A stretch of 64,000 nucleotides of DNA from the NCBI RefSeq assembly GCF_009914755.1, contig NC_060933.1; one strand, written 5' to 3'. The translations under genes were made by a program, and so were the position numbers. This DNA comes from the human T2T-CHM13v2.0 reference genome, Homo sapiens. Numbering within the stretch: position 1 is the first letter of the stretch; each line of letters begins with the position of its first letter. The notes beneath the pieces are model-generated. The model was not told where the DNA came from, ran no database searches, and saw only the letters and a list, made by a program, of their open reading frames with translations. Of this stretch, positions 1 to 14,599 are shown piece by piece.

Positions 1-1152
1 GATGGGTGCTATTATACTTCTTATTCAATTTTTAAATTTTCCAAGACTCTGACTCTAACTTCCCTGTGCTTCTCCTCTTCTCATTTCCCTCTGATTCTCT
101 TAAGAAAATTGTCTTCCAATCACACAGACTAAGAAAAGCAGCTCAAACCTGAGATAACAGTACTTCCTTCCATGTCTTGAATCACGTTATTAGATGTACG
201 TTCTTATAAGAAATGACTGACTTAAACATCAGTGCAATGCACATTTTATTTTCCCCATTGCCACTTTTTAAAAAATGTGTCAAACTTCAAGATTTTATCC
301 TGGTTTTAGCTAATTAAAATTAATGGAATTTGAAAGGTAGGAAATACAAATTTAACAATAAATAAATGGAAAAAAATTACAAAAATTAAATTAGGCAAAT
401 TCTATATATTGTTAATAAGCTGAGACATAGATTACTGTTTCAAAGACTACTTTTAGCTTTAAGAAATGTTGTAAGACTAGAAAATGTATGGCCAATATTT
501 ACATATACAAGTATTTTCTTTGGATTATTTCAGTATACAAATATGATACTTTTGTTTTCATAAATGGATTGTAATCTGGAATTGGAAAATCTACATTCTA
601 ATTTTTGTTCTGCTACAGACTTGCATAGTCTTAGAAACGTCATTAACTTCATTTATTCACTGAACGAATTTTTCAAGTGACTACCATGCATGCCAGACTC
701 TATTCTAGGCATATGAGACAATTTTTTTTTCCTTTGTAATACGTATGGATATAATCAGCTTGTATTCAATGTCTCCTTCAGCTTTAAAACAATGAATCTA
801 GGATAAAATATATCCTTTCTCTTCATAAGAATTAATGAGGCAGCTTGGATTTTCTCTGGAGAGCTGAATTGCAATCAGATATTTGAGAAAAGATGTGAAA
901 GCAAGCAATAACTCCCTTAGAATTGCTAAAGGTCCTCTGATGATTGTGACGGAAAATGAGTCAAATGGCATTTGGAGCTTGAGGGAGAGGTTTGGAGAGG
1001 AAGGTGCACCCCAGGGTTCACTCTCATACAGAACAACAGCAAATTGCTACGAGTTGTCACAGCACCAAGAGCAGAGCGGCAGCTGCCTTGCAGCACTGAA
1101 AATACCTGATACAACACAGTACCTGGAGAAGTAGAGCCAGATTGAGTGAAGC

Positions 1153-1187
1153 CACACACACACACACACACACTCACGCACACACAC
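1153..1187. repeat. (CA)n microsatellite, interrupted
   Basis: cacacacacacacacacacactcacgcacacacac read directly. Confidence 0.95.
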
Positions 1188-1699
1188 GTGAAGTCGGTAA
1201 AGTGGGCAAGCCAGGCCAGAGTGATTCTTCTCTTTGGATAATGCCTAGGGCTTCTAGAAGGGACCCCTTCTGAAGTGTGGAGGTCTCATTTGTCATTAGC
1301 AACCACTTCTTCAGCTATACTTTTCAGGACTCCAGTGACTGTCCTTCCGGGGTAGATTGTCATTCAGTAATATGCCATGTAGTCAGAGAACACTTTGCTT
1401 CTCATCTGAGGGTGGGTCCAGGGCTCTCTTACTGATGAGAGAGGCCCTATTTGTATACTTGGAGCTGTGACATTTCAGAAGGCACTGGAGCCACATTTTC
1501 ATGAGTCTTGGGTAGTAATCAGTGCATGATCAAGGTCGGTGCTACAGATGTGCAGCTTATGAATCATGCATCTTTAACCCCTGGGTGAGCTATTTCATAG
1601 TTACTTCAAACTCAAATTAACAATAGGAGTATTATGGTAAGGGGGGATTTACATATATTTCAAAGATCTGAGTCATCATTTAACCAGAGACCTGAAAGA

Positions 1700-2095
1700 T
1701 TCAAAAGAGATAGGCATAGCATTTGAAGGGAGATTATCTCGGGGAATGTCAAGGGCCAATGGCATGAGGCAGGACCAGACTTGGATGGTCAAAGAGCAGA
1801 AAGACTGCCTTGTGGATAGAGTCAGTGAGCATGGAGGAGTGAAGTACAAGATGAGTGTGGGAGGATGGATGAGTCTGTTAGCAACGACGATGGAGTAAAG
1901 TGGACACACTTATAATACATAGGAAGAATATTTATGGGTTATAGTTGGTGAAGAAAAGAGAAAAAAATGCTGGTACCTAGGTTATTGGCTTGACCAGCTG
2001 GGTAGATGGCAGTAAAATTTAATGAACTAAGGGAAAATAGAAAAAAAAAAAACAAGCTAAGGAGGTGGAAACCAAGATTTTCTTTTGGACTATTA
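1700..2095 (+). mobile_element. L2 LINE fragment (old)
   Basis: tggcttgaccagctgggtagatggcag...ccaagattttcttttggac resembles L2 3' region; boundaries approximate. Confidence 0.45.
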
Positions 2096-2667
2096 TCAGA
2101 AAATTAAATCTATGGAAGAGACTAAAGTCTCAAAATCATTACAAATATGAATAGGAAATTAAGAAATAACAAATATATGATTTCAATAATGTAGAAAGAG
2201 GATGACTTAGATAATATGAAATATCTATATAATTGATTAATCATAAATAAATTAGCTAGAGTCCTGCCTCGTGTCACATACAAGTCAACTCCAGATGAAT
2301 TAACAACTTAACAATTAGTTTTGGGACAACTAGATATCTTTATGGAAAAAGAATCTTAATCGTTATCTCATACCATATAAAATAATTAACTCAAAATGGA
2401 TCAAAGACCTAAACATAATATCTAAAACTATTAAATATTTAGAAGAAAACATAAAATCTTTTTGACATTGGAAATAGACAAAGGTTTCTTATACATGACC
2501 TAAAAGGCAAAAATGGAAAATTGATAAAATGCCTTCATCAAAATTAAAAGCCTTTGCCAGTTGAAAGACACAGTTAAGAAAATGAAAAGACTAGCTGCAA
2601 ATTGCAAAAAAAAAATTATTTGCAAAGCATATTTCCAACAGAGGACTTGAATCCAGAATATATAGAG

Positions 2668-3203
2668 CAGTGGTCTCTGACCTTTTTGGCACCAGGCACC
2701 AAGGACTGGTTTCATGGAAGACAGTTTTTCCATGGACTGAGGGTTGGGGAGATGGTTTTGGGATGATTCAAGTGAATTGCAGTTACTGTGCACTTGATCA
2801 TTAAAAGTAATGGCAAAAACTGAAATTACTTTTGGACCAACCTAATATTACATTGTAGTATATAATGAAATAATTATATAATTCACCATAATGTAGAATC
2901 AGTGGGAGCCCTGAGCTTGTTTTCCTGCAACTCGAAGGTCCCATCTGAGGGTGGTGGGAGACAGTGACAGATCATCAGGCATTAGAGTCTTGTGAGGAGT
3001 ATGCAATCTAGATCCCTTGCATGCGTGGTTCGCAATAGGGTTCATGATCCTATAAGACTCTAATGCTGCTACTGATCTGACAGGAGATGAAGCTCAGACA
3101 TTAATGCTCGCTAGCCCACTGCCGCTCACCTCCTGCTGTGTGACCTGGTTTCTAAAGGGCCACGGACTGGTACCAATCCATGGCCTGGGGTTAGGGGACC
3201 CAG
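2668..3203. mobile_element. MER1A (hAT-Charlie MITE)
   Basis: Ends cagtggtctctgacctttttggcaccagg and ggggttaggggacccag; 8-bp TSD atatagag/atctagag. Confidence 0.9.
2799..2847. mobile_element. Truncated MADE1 (Hsmar1 mariner MITE) inside MER1A
   Basis: cattaaaagtaatggcaaaaactgaaattacttttggaccaacctaa followed by TA; only one TIR present. Confidence 0.85.
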
Positions 3204-4084
3204 ATCTAGAGTATGTGCAACTTAATAAGAAAAACAACCAAATTTTTAAAAAGGGAAATAATTAAATATTTCACCTATGAATGGCAAATCTAAGCACGTG
3301 AAGAGATGCTTAAGATCACTTGTCTTCATTAAATTCAAATCAAAACCACAATGACAAAACACTGTACACCATTTAAGTGGCTAAAATTAAAAAGTATAAT
3401 AATATCAAGTCCTGGAGAGAATGTGGAGTAACTGGAAATTCTATAATTTGTTAGAAATGCAAAATGTTACAACCATTGAAAGACAGTATGACAGTGTTTT
3501 ATAAAGTTAAACATACGCTTACCACAAAACCTAGAAATCTCACTTCTAGATATTTACTCAAGAGAAATAAAAACTATAAGTTCATACAAAGACTTTTATT
3601 CAGATGTTCATAATATTACACATAATAACCAAAAACTAGAAGCAACTGTAATATTCATTAACTGATAGATGAATAATCCAGTTGTAGGTTTTCCACACTA
3701 TGGAATACTATTTGACAATAAAAATAAATTAAATATTAATATATTTGAAACTACAGATGCTTCTCAAATATGTAAATTAAAGAAAACAAACACAAAAGAC
3801 CACACTTTCTATGAATCCATTAATATAAAATTCTAGGAAAGGCAAAGCTATAGTGACAGACAGCAGATCAGTAGTTGCCTGGGATCAAGGGTCAAGAGAG
3901 GTCATCGATTGTGAAGTGGTAGAAGAAAACATTTGAGGATGATGGATTTGTTCAATATCTTGAGTTTTGTTGAGGTTATGTGACCATGCACCATACAAAA
4001 TTCATCAAACTGTATGCTTAAAATGAGTGAACTATATTGTATGTAAATTATACCTTGACAAAGCTGAAAACTGAATAAAAACAA

Positions 4085-5400
<1,316 letters not shown>

Positions 5401-5770
5401 TCTTTGCATTTACATTAGTGAGTCCAATAGGGAAGTATTGCTTTTGAAAAATTATAATTCAAAAAGTAATAAAGAAAATTCTTAAAAAATGCATAACATA
5501 TTCTTCAATTTTAAAACACTACCTATGTGAGATGACTACCAGTTTGGATAAAAGTTTTGCAGAAAAATAAGGCAGCACCGCCATACATATACATTTTGAT
5601 TGGAAGGTACATTTCTATTTCATAAATATTACAGAAATGAAAACAAAGTTCAGCTTAGTGTGACAAGAGGTTTTCAGAAAAAAAATTAGTTCTATCTCCT
5701 TTACCCCACTTCTCTTTCCCTTCCTGAGAAGGAGGATAGATCTCTTAACTACTTTGTATTTCCTCACTTG

Positions 5771-5773
<3 letters not shown>

Positions 5774-5814
<41 letters not shown>
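5774..5814. repeat. (AC)~20 perfect microsatellite
   Basis: Read directly. Confidence 0.97.
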
Positions 5815-5815
<1 letters not shown>

Positions 5816-5942
5816 CATCATCCCCAATCCTCAGCTTAATGGCTTTTTGCATAGTTAAAACAATGTTAAATGTGATTGTGGTGAAGCAAATTTGGAGGTT
5901 CAGACACAGATACGTTTCTCTGGTTAAGAAAGGGAGTAATGG

Positions 5943-6244
5943 GGCCGGGTGTGGTGGCTCACGCCTGTGATCCCAGCATTTTGGGAGACCGAGGCTGGTG
6001 AATCACCTGAGGTCAGGAGTTCGAGACCAGCCTGGCCAACATGGCGAAACCCCGTCTCTACTAAAAATACAAAAATTAGCTGGGCATGGTGGTAGGCGCC
6101 TGTAATCCCAGCTACTCGGGAGGCTGAAGCAGAAGAATTATTTGAACCCAGGAGGTGGAGGTTACAGTGAGCCAAGACCATGCCATTGCATTCCTTCTAG
6201 CCTGGGTGAGAAGAGTAGAACTCTGTCTCTAAATAAAGAAAGAA
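5943..6244 (+). mobile_element. AluS (Sq-like)
   Basis: Full Alu; perfect 17-bp TSD aagaaagggagtaatgg at 5926-5942 and 6245-6261. Confidence 0.95.
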
Positions 6245-7619
6245 AAGAAAGGGAGTAATGGAGAGGGGATAACAGTCAGGGAGGGTGGAGGAAGGCTGGG
6301 AAAGATAGAAGGTTGAAGAGAAGAACAAGATTTGGAAGTCAGTGGGAAAGAAAACAGTCTTAGTAAAAGATGTTTGATGAAGGTTACTTACAATGAGGCA
6401 AAAATGCTGTTTTGTCACACATTCGTCCACATCTGTGTCTTCTATGTAATCTCTAGTAAAGCTTATGTAGCTCACTAATGATTTGGGAAGCGATCTGCTT
6501 CTTAGAAATGAGTCTTGTGTAGGGTGAAATCTGAGGCTGGCCCGGGCACATCTCGGTTATAAGAGAATTCAGGAGACATTGGCCTTACTGCTCCCATATA
6601 TATGTATTTTTTAATTGAGGTAATGGGAACTTTCAGATAAATCCTGGACCCTTAGTCTACAAAGTCATACAAATTCAATGCACAAATAATTATAACATGA
6701 AGAATTATATGCAGAATTTAAATAGTGGATTAAGGCAGGAAGTGGGAGGAAGAAATTACAAACACTCAAATATAGTAATCAGTCTTGGCTCCCAAATTGA
6801 ATTTCAAAGGCTAAAAATGCAATTGAGTAATTTAAGGAATTTCTGTTTCCACTGATCTCTCTCATTTAATGAGGCAACGACCACAGTTGCTAAACAAAAC
6901 CCATCTGAAGCTAGTTAGACCACATTTCCTAAGACTCCAGTAATAAACATTGGTCAAAATAATGATAAACTTGCCTATTCCTGATTATATTTTCAGTGAC
7001 CTAAATTGATCATTAAATTATTGCTTTCCTTTTATTTTTCAAATAACTCTAATCATTAAAGCAATATACATCCATTGTAGAAGATGAGAAATTGCAAAAT
7101 ATGCCAGAATGCCAAAAGGAAGAAAAAATTTTTGGTCTATTTTATTCATCTTTTTTGTATGCATAAAAGTATGATTCCATTTAAAGTTATTATAATGAAA
7201 AATATTAAGTGTAATATTTTTTACTAAATAGAAATATATTCATTTTATAAATGATTATTAAGTACTTACTATGGTAACAGAAGAAAATTCAAGATCAGAA
7301 ATAAGCGTTCAGATGAGGAGAAACTTTGTCAATATAGATCACACCAATCAAAGGGTAAATTATTTATGCTTATTCATTCTCCATGCACCACTGAATAAAA
7401 AAAATTGTATTTATGGGCAGCTAATTATTTTCATTTGCATTTGATATTTCCTTAGAGTGGAGGTGAGGATGGGAAAGGAATGTATTATAAAATGCTTAAT
7501 GTTTGGAGGCTGTAACTTTCCATTTATTTTATTTTGTGTATTTAGCCCTGCATTACTGCCTTCTAAATTCAGTCTGTAGTTATTCAGCAAAACGAAGTCC
7601 TGCAATTTTTAAATTTCAT

Positions 7620-8725
7620 TTTTTTAAGCTTGCAACATTTTAATATACTTAATTGTGCAAATATATTTGCCGATTGGCAGATTGACAATGATTATAAGGC
7701 AAATGCATGTGTAATCACCTCTCAGATGAAGAAATAGAATGCAAGGGACATGCTAAGCCATGCTCAGAACCTTTGCTTCCCATCCTTTCCAACTCCCCGC
7801 TCCATGTATAAACACTGTATTGACTTTTGAGCTCATGTTTTTTTTTCTGTCTTTTCATGTAAACATATGACCTGTGTAGCTATTCTTCAACAAGGTAGCT
7901 GCTTCCAAATTTTATATAAATAGAATATATAAAAATAGCAATTATTTTGCTTCCTGTATATTTAGCTTAATATAGAGTTTTTATATTCTATATAAAATTA
8001 TGTTCTATATTAAGCTAAATATATATTTGTAATATATAGCATATAGTATATAATTTTATATAGAATGCAATTTTATATAGAATAGAAAATATAGCATATA
8101 ATTTTATATAGAAGATTTAGCTTAATATAGAATATAGCAATTGTTTCCTGCATATATAGCTTAATATTATATTCCTTAAGATTCATCCATATTGTAGTGT
8201 ATGTCTATATATCTTATACTTTTTTTGCCATATAGAATTCTATTGTATTGATATATGCCAATTTATTTATCCATCCTTATACATGCACATGAATTGTTTT
8301 CAGTTTTTATCCAAAACAAACTATGTAGCTGTGAACATTCTTATGAGCACATATCCTTGGCATATATGTACATTTCTCTAATACCTAGATGTGAAATTTC
8401 TGGGTCTAAAGAATGCACGTCTTTCATCTTTTGGAATGTGACACAAATGGTTTTCCAAAGTCATTATATTTGTTTATACTCCCACTAACAGTATATCTGA
8501 TTTATGATCCAATGTTAGTAACAGTTTTATCAGATGTTCTTATTTTTAGCCAGTCTGCATAATAGTATATAATTGCGATTTTATTTTGCATTTCTCTGAT
8601 TGCCAAGGGGTCTGATTACTTTTCATAGATTTATTTTTCATTTTTTTTTCTTCTTTCATGCCTGCTCAAGTCTTTGATTCATTTTCCTAATGAATTGTCT
8701 GTACTTTCCTTATTGATTTTTGTAA
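7620..8725 (-). mobile_element. Old L1M(E) 3' fragment
   Basis: aagattcatccatattgt, tactcccactaacagtat, tttgcatttctctgattg match the L1 antisense strand. Confidence 0.7.
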
Positions 8726-8729
8726 TTAA

Positions 8730-9605
8730 TTTTTTTATTAAGAGATTATTGTAGATTCACATGCACTTGTAAGAAATAATACAGAATGATCCCATTTACA
8801 CTTTACACAAAAAGGGGTCCCCGACTTTTTGGCACCAGGGACTGGTTACATGGAAGACAGTTTTTTCATGGGGGTTGGGAGAAGGGGGATGGTTTTCGGA
8901 TGAAACTGTTGCACTTTAGATTATCAGACATTAGAATCTCATTAGGAGCTTGCAACCTAGGCCCTTCACATGCCCAGTTCACAACAGATTTCCTGTTCCT
9001 ATGAAAATCTAATGCTGCTGCTAATCTGACAGGAGGTGGAGCTCAGCAGGTAATGCTGGTTCCTCTGCCACTCATCTACTGTGTGGCCTGGTCCCTAACA
9101 GGCCACAGACTAGTACCAGTCAGCAGCTCTGGGCACTGGGGACTCCTGCTTCAGCCAGTTTCCTCCAATTGTAGCAGCTTGCATAATTATTGTATAATAT
9201 CACAATCAGGAAATTGACATTGGTAAAACCCAATTGTATTAGGATTTCCCATTTTGTATGTACCTGTAGTATGTATACGTGTACCTATGTGTGTGTGTGA
9301 GTGAGATTAGTTCTGTGCAGTTTTATCACTTGCGTAAGTTTGTGTATTCACCACCCTGGTCAAGATACTGAACAATTTCATTGCCACAAGGACCTTCCCT
9401 ATTATCGCCCATTTATAACCACAGCCATCTTTCTCACTCACCTCCCCCTACCTGCCCTGAAAACTACTAATCTGTTCTGTCTGTATAATTTTGTCATTTC
9501 AAGAATGTTTTATAAATGGAATAATGCAGCATGAAACCTTTTGAGATTGGCTTTTTTTCTACTTGGATGAATTCCATGGAGATTCCTCTAAGTTGTCTAT
9601 TTATT
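8730..9605 (-). mobile_element. L1MB/MC 3' end, split by MER1B
   Basis: gtagattcacatgcacttgtaagaaataatacaga...gtcatttcaagaatgttttataaatggaa. Confidence 0.75.
8812..9148. mobile_element. MER1B (hAT-Charlie MITE)
   Basis: ggggtccccgactttttggcaccagggactgg...gatgaaactgttgcac...ggggactcctg. Confidence 0.9.
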
Positions 9606-10667
9606 AAGCAAAGTACCCTCAGGGCTGTGGTAATCTTTTCTGAATTTTCTCCTTGGTGATTCACCATTACGTTTTTCCCAATACTGTCACTAGTAACTAT
9701 TGCATGTTTATGTACATTGTGTTCAGTGAGTTCATTTTTATATTTTTTTGCCTAAGTCACAACACTGTGAAATGTTGCCACATGTATGTATATCACTTTC
9801 TGTTAGTACCCTGGAAGACTGAGATTCTGATTTGGCTTTAGTGAATTTGCTTTAAGGCAAGGTCATTCAAATATTCTTTGGAAATAACGTTTGAAAAAAA
9901 AATACCTCAAAATGGGATAAGCCTACATGACTAAAATAACCACTATTCGAAAATATGTTTTTTTAAAACTTTCTATTTCTTTCTCAAATATTTCAATTTC
10001 TTTAACTATAGTTTTCAATTCATTGCCTTGCTTTGAACATAGATTTCCTGATTTTTATTTTTATTTTCTTCCTCAATTGCTATCTTATTTCTTTGGAATA
10101 CCTATGAGTAAAACAATAGTAATAGTACACATTTATTCCCTAAAATTATCTAGGTCTTAAGTTCTGCATGAATGGCAGAAATATTATGTTTTCATTGCTT
10201 TTGTTTTTTAGCTCGCTAAGATATCTCCAACTTGTTTCTCAGGTTCTGGAATAAGCAGAATGCCTGACATTCCATTCAGGTTCATTGATAAAGTGAATAA
10301 AATTTTTAGATTTAGTGCTTATTGTTGAACTAGAAGCCAGAGTTGCAAAAACAAAGGATGTATTAACACAGTGCTGCTTCTTGTTATTGATGACTTAACA
10401 TTCATCTGCAGATCTCTAAAACCAATGATAGAAAATTGAAATGGAGCATAAAAGAAACAACCCAAAATCCTTTAAGCAAACATAAATACTCGCTTTTAAA
10501 ACTTCAAGAGAACAAAAGTACTTATTAGCCTCCTGATTTAAAAGTCTAATTTCCCTTTTATCATATCTGTGCACTTACACATAAACACACCATTCGTCAC
10601 AGGGTCCTCAAAGTTACTTTGGGAAGTTAGGTAGGGAATTGGAGACAGAATTCCTTTAGTGCATTCT

Positions 10668-11299
10668 TTTTTTATTTTATTTTATTTTATTATTATTATA
10701 CTTTAAGTTTTAGGGTACATGTGCACATTGTGCAGGTTAGTTACATATGTATACATGTGCCATGCTGGTGTGCTGCACCCATTAACTCGTCATTTAGCAT
10801 TAGGTATATCTCCTAATGCTATCCCTCCCTCCTCCCCCCACCCCACAACAGTCCCCAGAGTGTGATGTTCCCCTTCCTGTGTCCATGTGATCTCATTGTT
10901 CAATTCCCACCTGTGAGTGAGAACATGCGGTGTTTGGTTTTTTGTCCTTGCAGTAGTTTACTGAGAATGCTGATTTCCAGTTTCATCCATGTCCCTACAA
11001 AGGACATGAACTCTTCATTTTTTATGGCTGCATAGTATTCCATTGTGTATATGTGCCACATTTTCTTAATCCAGTCTATCATTGTTGGACATTTGGCTTG
11101 GTTCCAAGTCTTTGCTATTGTGAATAGTGCCGCAATAAACATATGTGTGCATGTGTCTTTATAGCAGCATGGTTGATAGTCGTTTGGGTATATACCCAGT
11201 AATGGGATGGCTGGGTCAAATGGTATTTCTAGTTCTAGATCCCTGAGGAATCGCCACACTGACTTCTACAGTGGTTGAACTAGTTTACAGAACAGGCAA
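10668..11299 (-). mobile_element. 5'-truncated L1PA2/3 (~630 bp) with micro-inversion
   Basis: ORF2 C-terminus (ORF 10900-11259), 3' UTR and T-tail; perfect 15-bp TSD cctttagtgcattct at 10653-10667 and 11300-11314; EN-type site ttct/aa. Confidence 0.95.
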
Positions 11300-11334
11300 C
11301 CTTTAGTGCATTCTAATGAGCTAACAGCTGTGAC

Positions 11335-11500
11335 ACATAGATTATTGACTGCCAGAGCTTGAAGGCACCCTAGAAATCATCTTCTTAATCCCTTTAATTG
11401 TAAAGATGAGAAAAAAGGATGAGATTGAAGAAAAGTTGTTGACTTACCCAAAGATACTCTTCTTTGTAGTGGCAGGACCAAGTTCAGATCCCAGATGGAT
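11335..11500. mobile_element. MIR fragment
   Basis: gaaggcaccctagaaatcatc...gtaaagatgagaaaa...gacttacccaaag...gtggcaggacc. Confidence 0.6.
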
Positions 11501-11860
11501 TAAGCCATGTTAGGATTAATGTATTTGACACAAATCATGGAATGCTAATCTAAAAAATACTTTGCCTTCTAACTCAGCCAATTAGTGTTGGTCACCCACT
11601 CTGCATCAGGCAATGCACTGAGCACTGTGTATAGACGTCAATAATGCACTGCTTATGAAGATGTGAATAAGACAAGGTCTTACCCGCCGTGAAACTTGCC
11701 AGTTTCTGGGGATTTAGACAAGTACAAGATGCATTACTATAGACTGTGTTAAGTGCTACAACACAGACATGCACAAAATGCTGAGAAATCACTCTGGAGG
11801 GACTCACAAAGAGTTTATTGTAATGCATTTGTCATGTCTCTCCAAGTCGCTGAACATATC

Positions 11861-11925
11861 TTTCAAGAAAACTGTGGTGAGAAGGGATATGTGTTTCAAG
11901 AAAGCTGTGGTGAGAAGGGATATGT
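11861..11925. repeat. 33-bp tandem duplication
   Basis: tttcaagaaa(a/g)ctgtggtgagaagggatatgt x2. Confidence 0.9.
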
Positions 11926-13199
11926 CACATAACCTACTCTGAACTTGACAGAAATGACCTGATTCTCCAAGGTATTTCTAGTTCCATTGTGGTATATAGA
12001 CCTATGAGTTAGTGATTCCTTTTGGTTTTATTGTTTAAAAACCACTGAAATAATAGTTTTCTAAAAATAAGCCTTGCTGTGGATCCAGAGATGCACAACT
12101 ATTTGGATGTTCGACAAAAGAAGAATTACAGAAAAAAGTACATTTTGTCTTTATAGGATGGCAAGAAGAGGATTCTCACATACATCTGGGAGTTGTTTTT
12201 CAGTTTACCTCCCCTATCGGTAATGTCTCATACCTTTAACTTCTCCGTGACATTTTTGCCAGAGCACAGCTCACGTAAGAGAACTGTGGCCCTACTCTGT
12301 TAGCCTCCTTTCCCTGTCTCCTCTTTCTTTCCACAAAAATGCAAACAAATAGAATCAGGCATACTTCTTCTCAGTTTTCTTTATTAATCACATTGCAAGA
12401 CATTCATTCTTGCACTTTCACATTTCTTCCTTTTATTTTCCAGTTGTAGCTGTTTTTAGAGCCTCACGTCAGATGCCTTCAGCCCACCTCTCGTACCAGC
12501 GCCAACAGTTCCTAAGCACCCTGACAGCATACCATCTCAGTCTTCTGCTGCATCTCTTTTCACAGCCAAAGAAGATTGTACAGCTCCTATACAGGCAGCC
12601 ATGAAGTGCAGGGAAGTCCATGCCTCCAGGCAAATCCTTAACCAGTGGGATAATTTAATACCTCAGCTTCTTGGTTTTTGTTGAGAAGATTCCAAGAGGC
12701 ATTCCACATACCACCTCAGATTTATTGAGCACTCATTGCCCATAGGAATAAGCAGTTCAATAAGGGTCCTGCTATTGTCTTCTTTTTAACTACCTATAAC
12801 TCTTGCTCACTCATTACTGGTGATCTGTGTCATCACCTCCCAAATTAACTAACTATGCCCAAATCCTTATTTCAGCTTTGTTGTTAGGGGCTCAAGATGC
12901 TTCAAAATTCTAAACTTTTTTTTTTCTAAATATCATCTATACTCTTGTTCAATATGTGATCATGATTGTGTTGATAATAGGATGATGTTTGTTCTGGGAC
13001 AAAGCCATTGAAATGTGCTATATATAAAACCACTTAAAATAGTTTCATGTTCGTAATTTGTTAACCTGTACATTAAAAACAGTGGCACTAAATCATTCAG
13101 TGATGTAAATGGAACAAGCTAGTAGGGCAAGATGACCAAGAAAATTGTGTAAACTGAGCTAGAACACAGATTTCTGCACTAAATTTTGCTTCTCCAAGA

Positions 13200-13790
13200 T
13201 GTAACTGAAGGCAAGTCCCTCCATTAGCTGCTTGCAGAGTCCAATGACAAGAGCAAGGTATGGTAGAAAGAAAGTGACTTTATTGACCAAAACTAGTAAT
13301 GCCGAAATGGCCAGATTCCCATCCAAAGTAACCACTTTGAATTTCTGGGGAGATGGCAAGAGTGTGAAAAGGGGAACTTGATCTAAGTTGCATGCAGGAA
13401 TTGCGCTGAGTACAAGGTCTGTGTCTCCTTTCGGTGGCTGTAGGTTCTCAGTCCACCTGGAACACAGGCTGGTGTCATCTCAACAATGGCTGGGTTGTAA
13501 CTAGACACTTTGAGGTAATCTCTGGAATTTTGCAGCTGGATCTCAAGACTTGGTCTGTCTGTCTCAAGATTAGCCCCTGGAACTTCTAAGTAAGTGCATA
13601 CTTAGCTACTAGCATAAAGTTAGATAAATGTAAAGGGAGTATGATGGGAAAGGGAGGGACATGGAGTCTATTTTAAGTTTAAGGGAACAAAGCTTCTGCA
13701 GTTGGCTTCAAAGTTTTTTCTTGTGACTAGGGAGCAAAAAGAAAAAAGAGGGTTTAGAAATGCATTTTGAAGTCAAGCTGCTTGGTTACA
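13200..13790 (-). mobile_element. Solo LTR (ERV1, MER4-group-like; family uncertain)
   Basis: tgtaac...gttaca terminal inverted ends; polyA signal on the minus strand (tttatt at ~13279); no clean TSD. Confidence 0.75.
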
Positions 13791-14440
13791 AAAGGACTAT
13801 GTTAGAGAGAGCATGTGCCATGTTTGCAGCAGGTCTACTTGTATTACTGCTCAAACAGTTTTTTGCTTCCATGTATTTGTTAAGGAACTGTCAGTTTTAG
13901 GTGAAAGCTTTATTATTATTTTTCCCCTAATTGTAAAGGTAATACACATCCATTGTAGAAAATACAGGATAGCCAGAGAAAATCACAAAGAAGAAAGTTA
14001 CAACTATATATAATTCCATATCCCAGAATTAACCACTATTGATATTTTACTAAATATCAAATTAAAACCTTTCAGTTTTAAGAATATATATAGAGAAAAA
14101 TAGCAAATGTGGGGAGAAGGTGAGAGAAGGAAAAGGCTTTATTTCTAGTTTTCTGCCCTACTTTTTCTCATCTTCGGCATTTTATGTCATTAAGAAAGCA
14201 TGTTTTACTAAGAACCTTTTAAAAGCTCACAATTTAATCTTAATATTAAATTGTCAATTTTTCTATTATTACAATAACATTGGGACAAATGTATTTTGTA
14301 TATTAATATTAAAAGCTATGGTATGTCCCCTATATAGAGCCTCGGAGATGGGATAAATGGTTAAAAATCATGTATATATATCATGGCCTCAATGCTTATT
14401 ATCAGATTGTTCAATATGTTTTATAATTTACATTTCCTCG

Positions 14441-14599
14441 CAGGACCACCTACATGGGCGTGTGATGTACAGTTGCACAGGAACCCATGCTTAGAGGGTC
14501 CCATGCTTAGTTTAATGTTTCTTGTTCTTGCCATTTTGAAATTCTTAATGATTTTGAAAAATTTTGCCCTGGACCCCATAAATGATTTACCTGGCCCTG
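14441..14599. mobile_element. MER91A-like hAT-Tip100 MITE
   Basis: cagg...catgggcgtgtgat...ttgaaattcttaatgattttgaa...ggccctg. Confidence 0.75.

Larger units (their letters stand above)
2310..4075 (+). mobile_element. Old L1M (L1MB/MC-like) ORF2 end and 3' UTR, split by MER1A
   Basis: aactcaaaatggatcaaagacctaaac (NSKWIKDLN), caaatcaaaaccacaatga, and the 3' end gtatgtaaattatacc. Confidence 0.8.

Noticed and set aside
883-1134. 83-aa ORF in unique sequence
   Set aside because: Non-ATG start, no recognisable domain, no convincing splice context; length compatible with chance.
6780-7030. Possible enhancer (taaaca, accaca, taat motifs)
   Set aside because: Short motifs are expected by chance in AT-rich DNA; unsupported without conservation or chromatin data.
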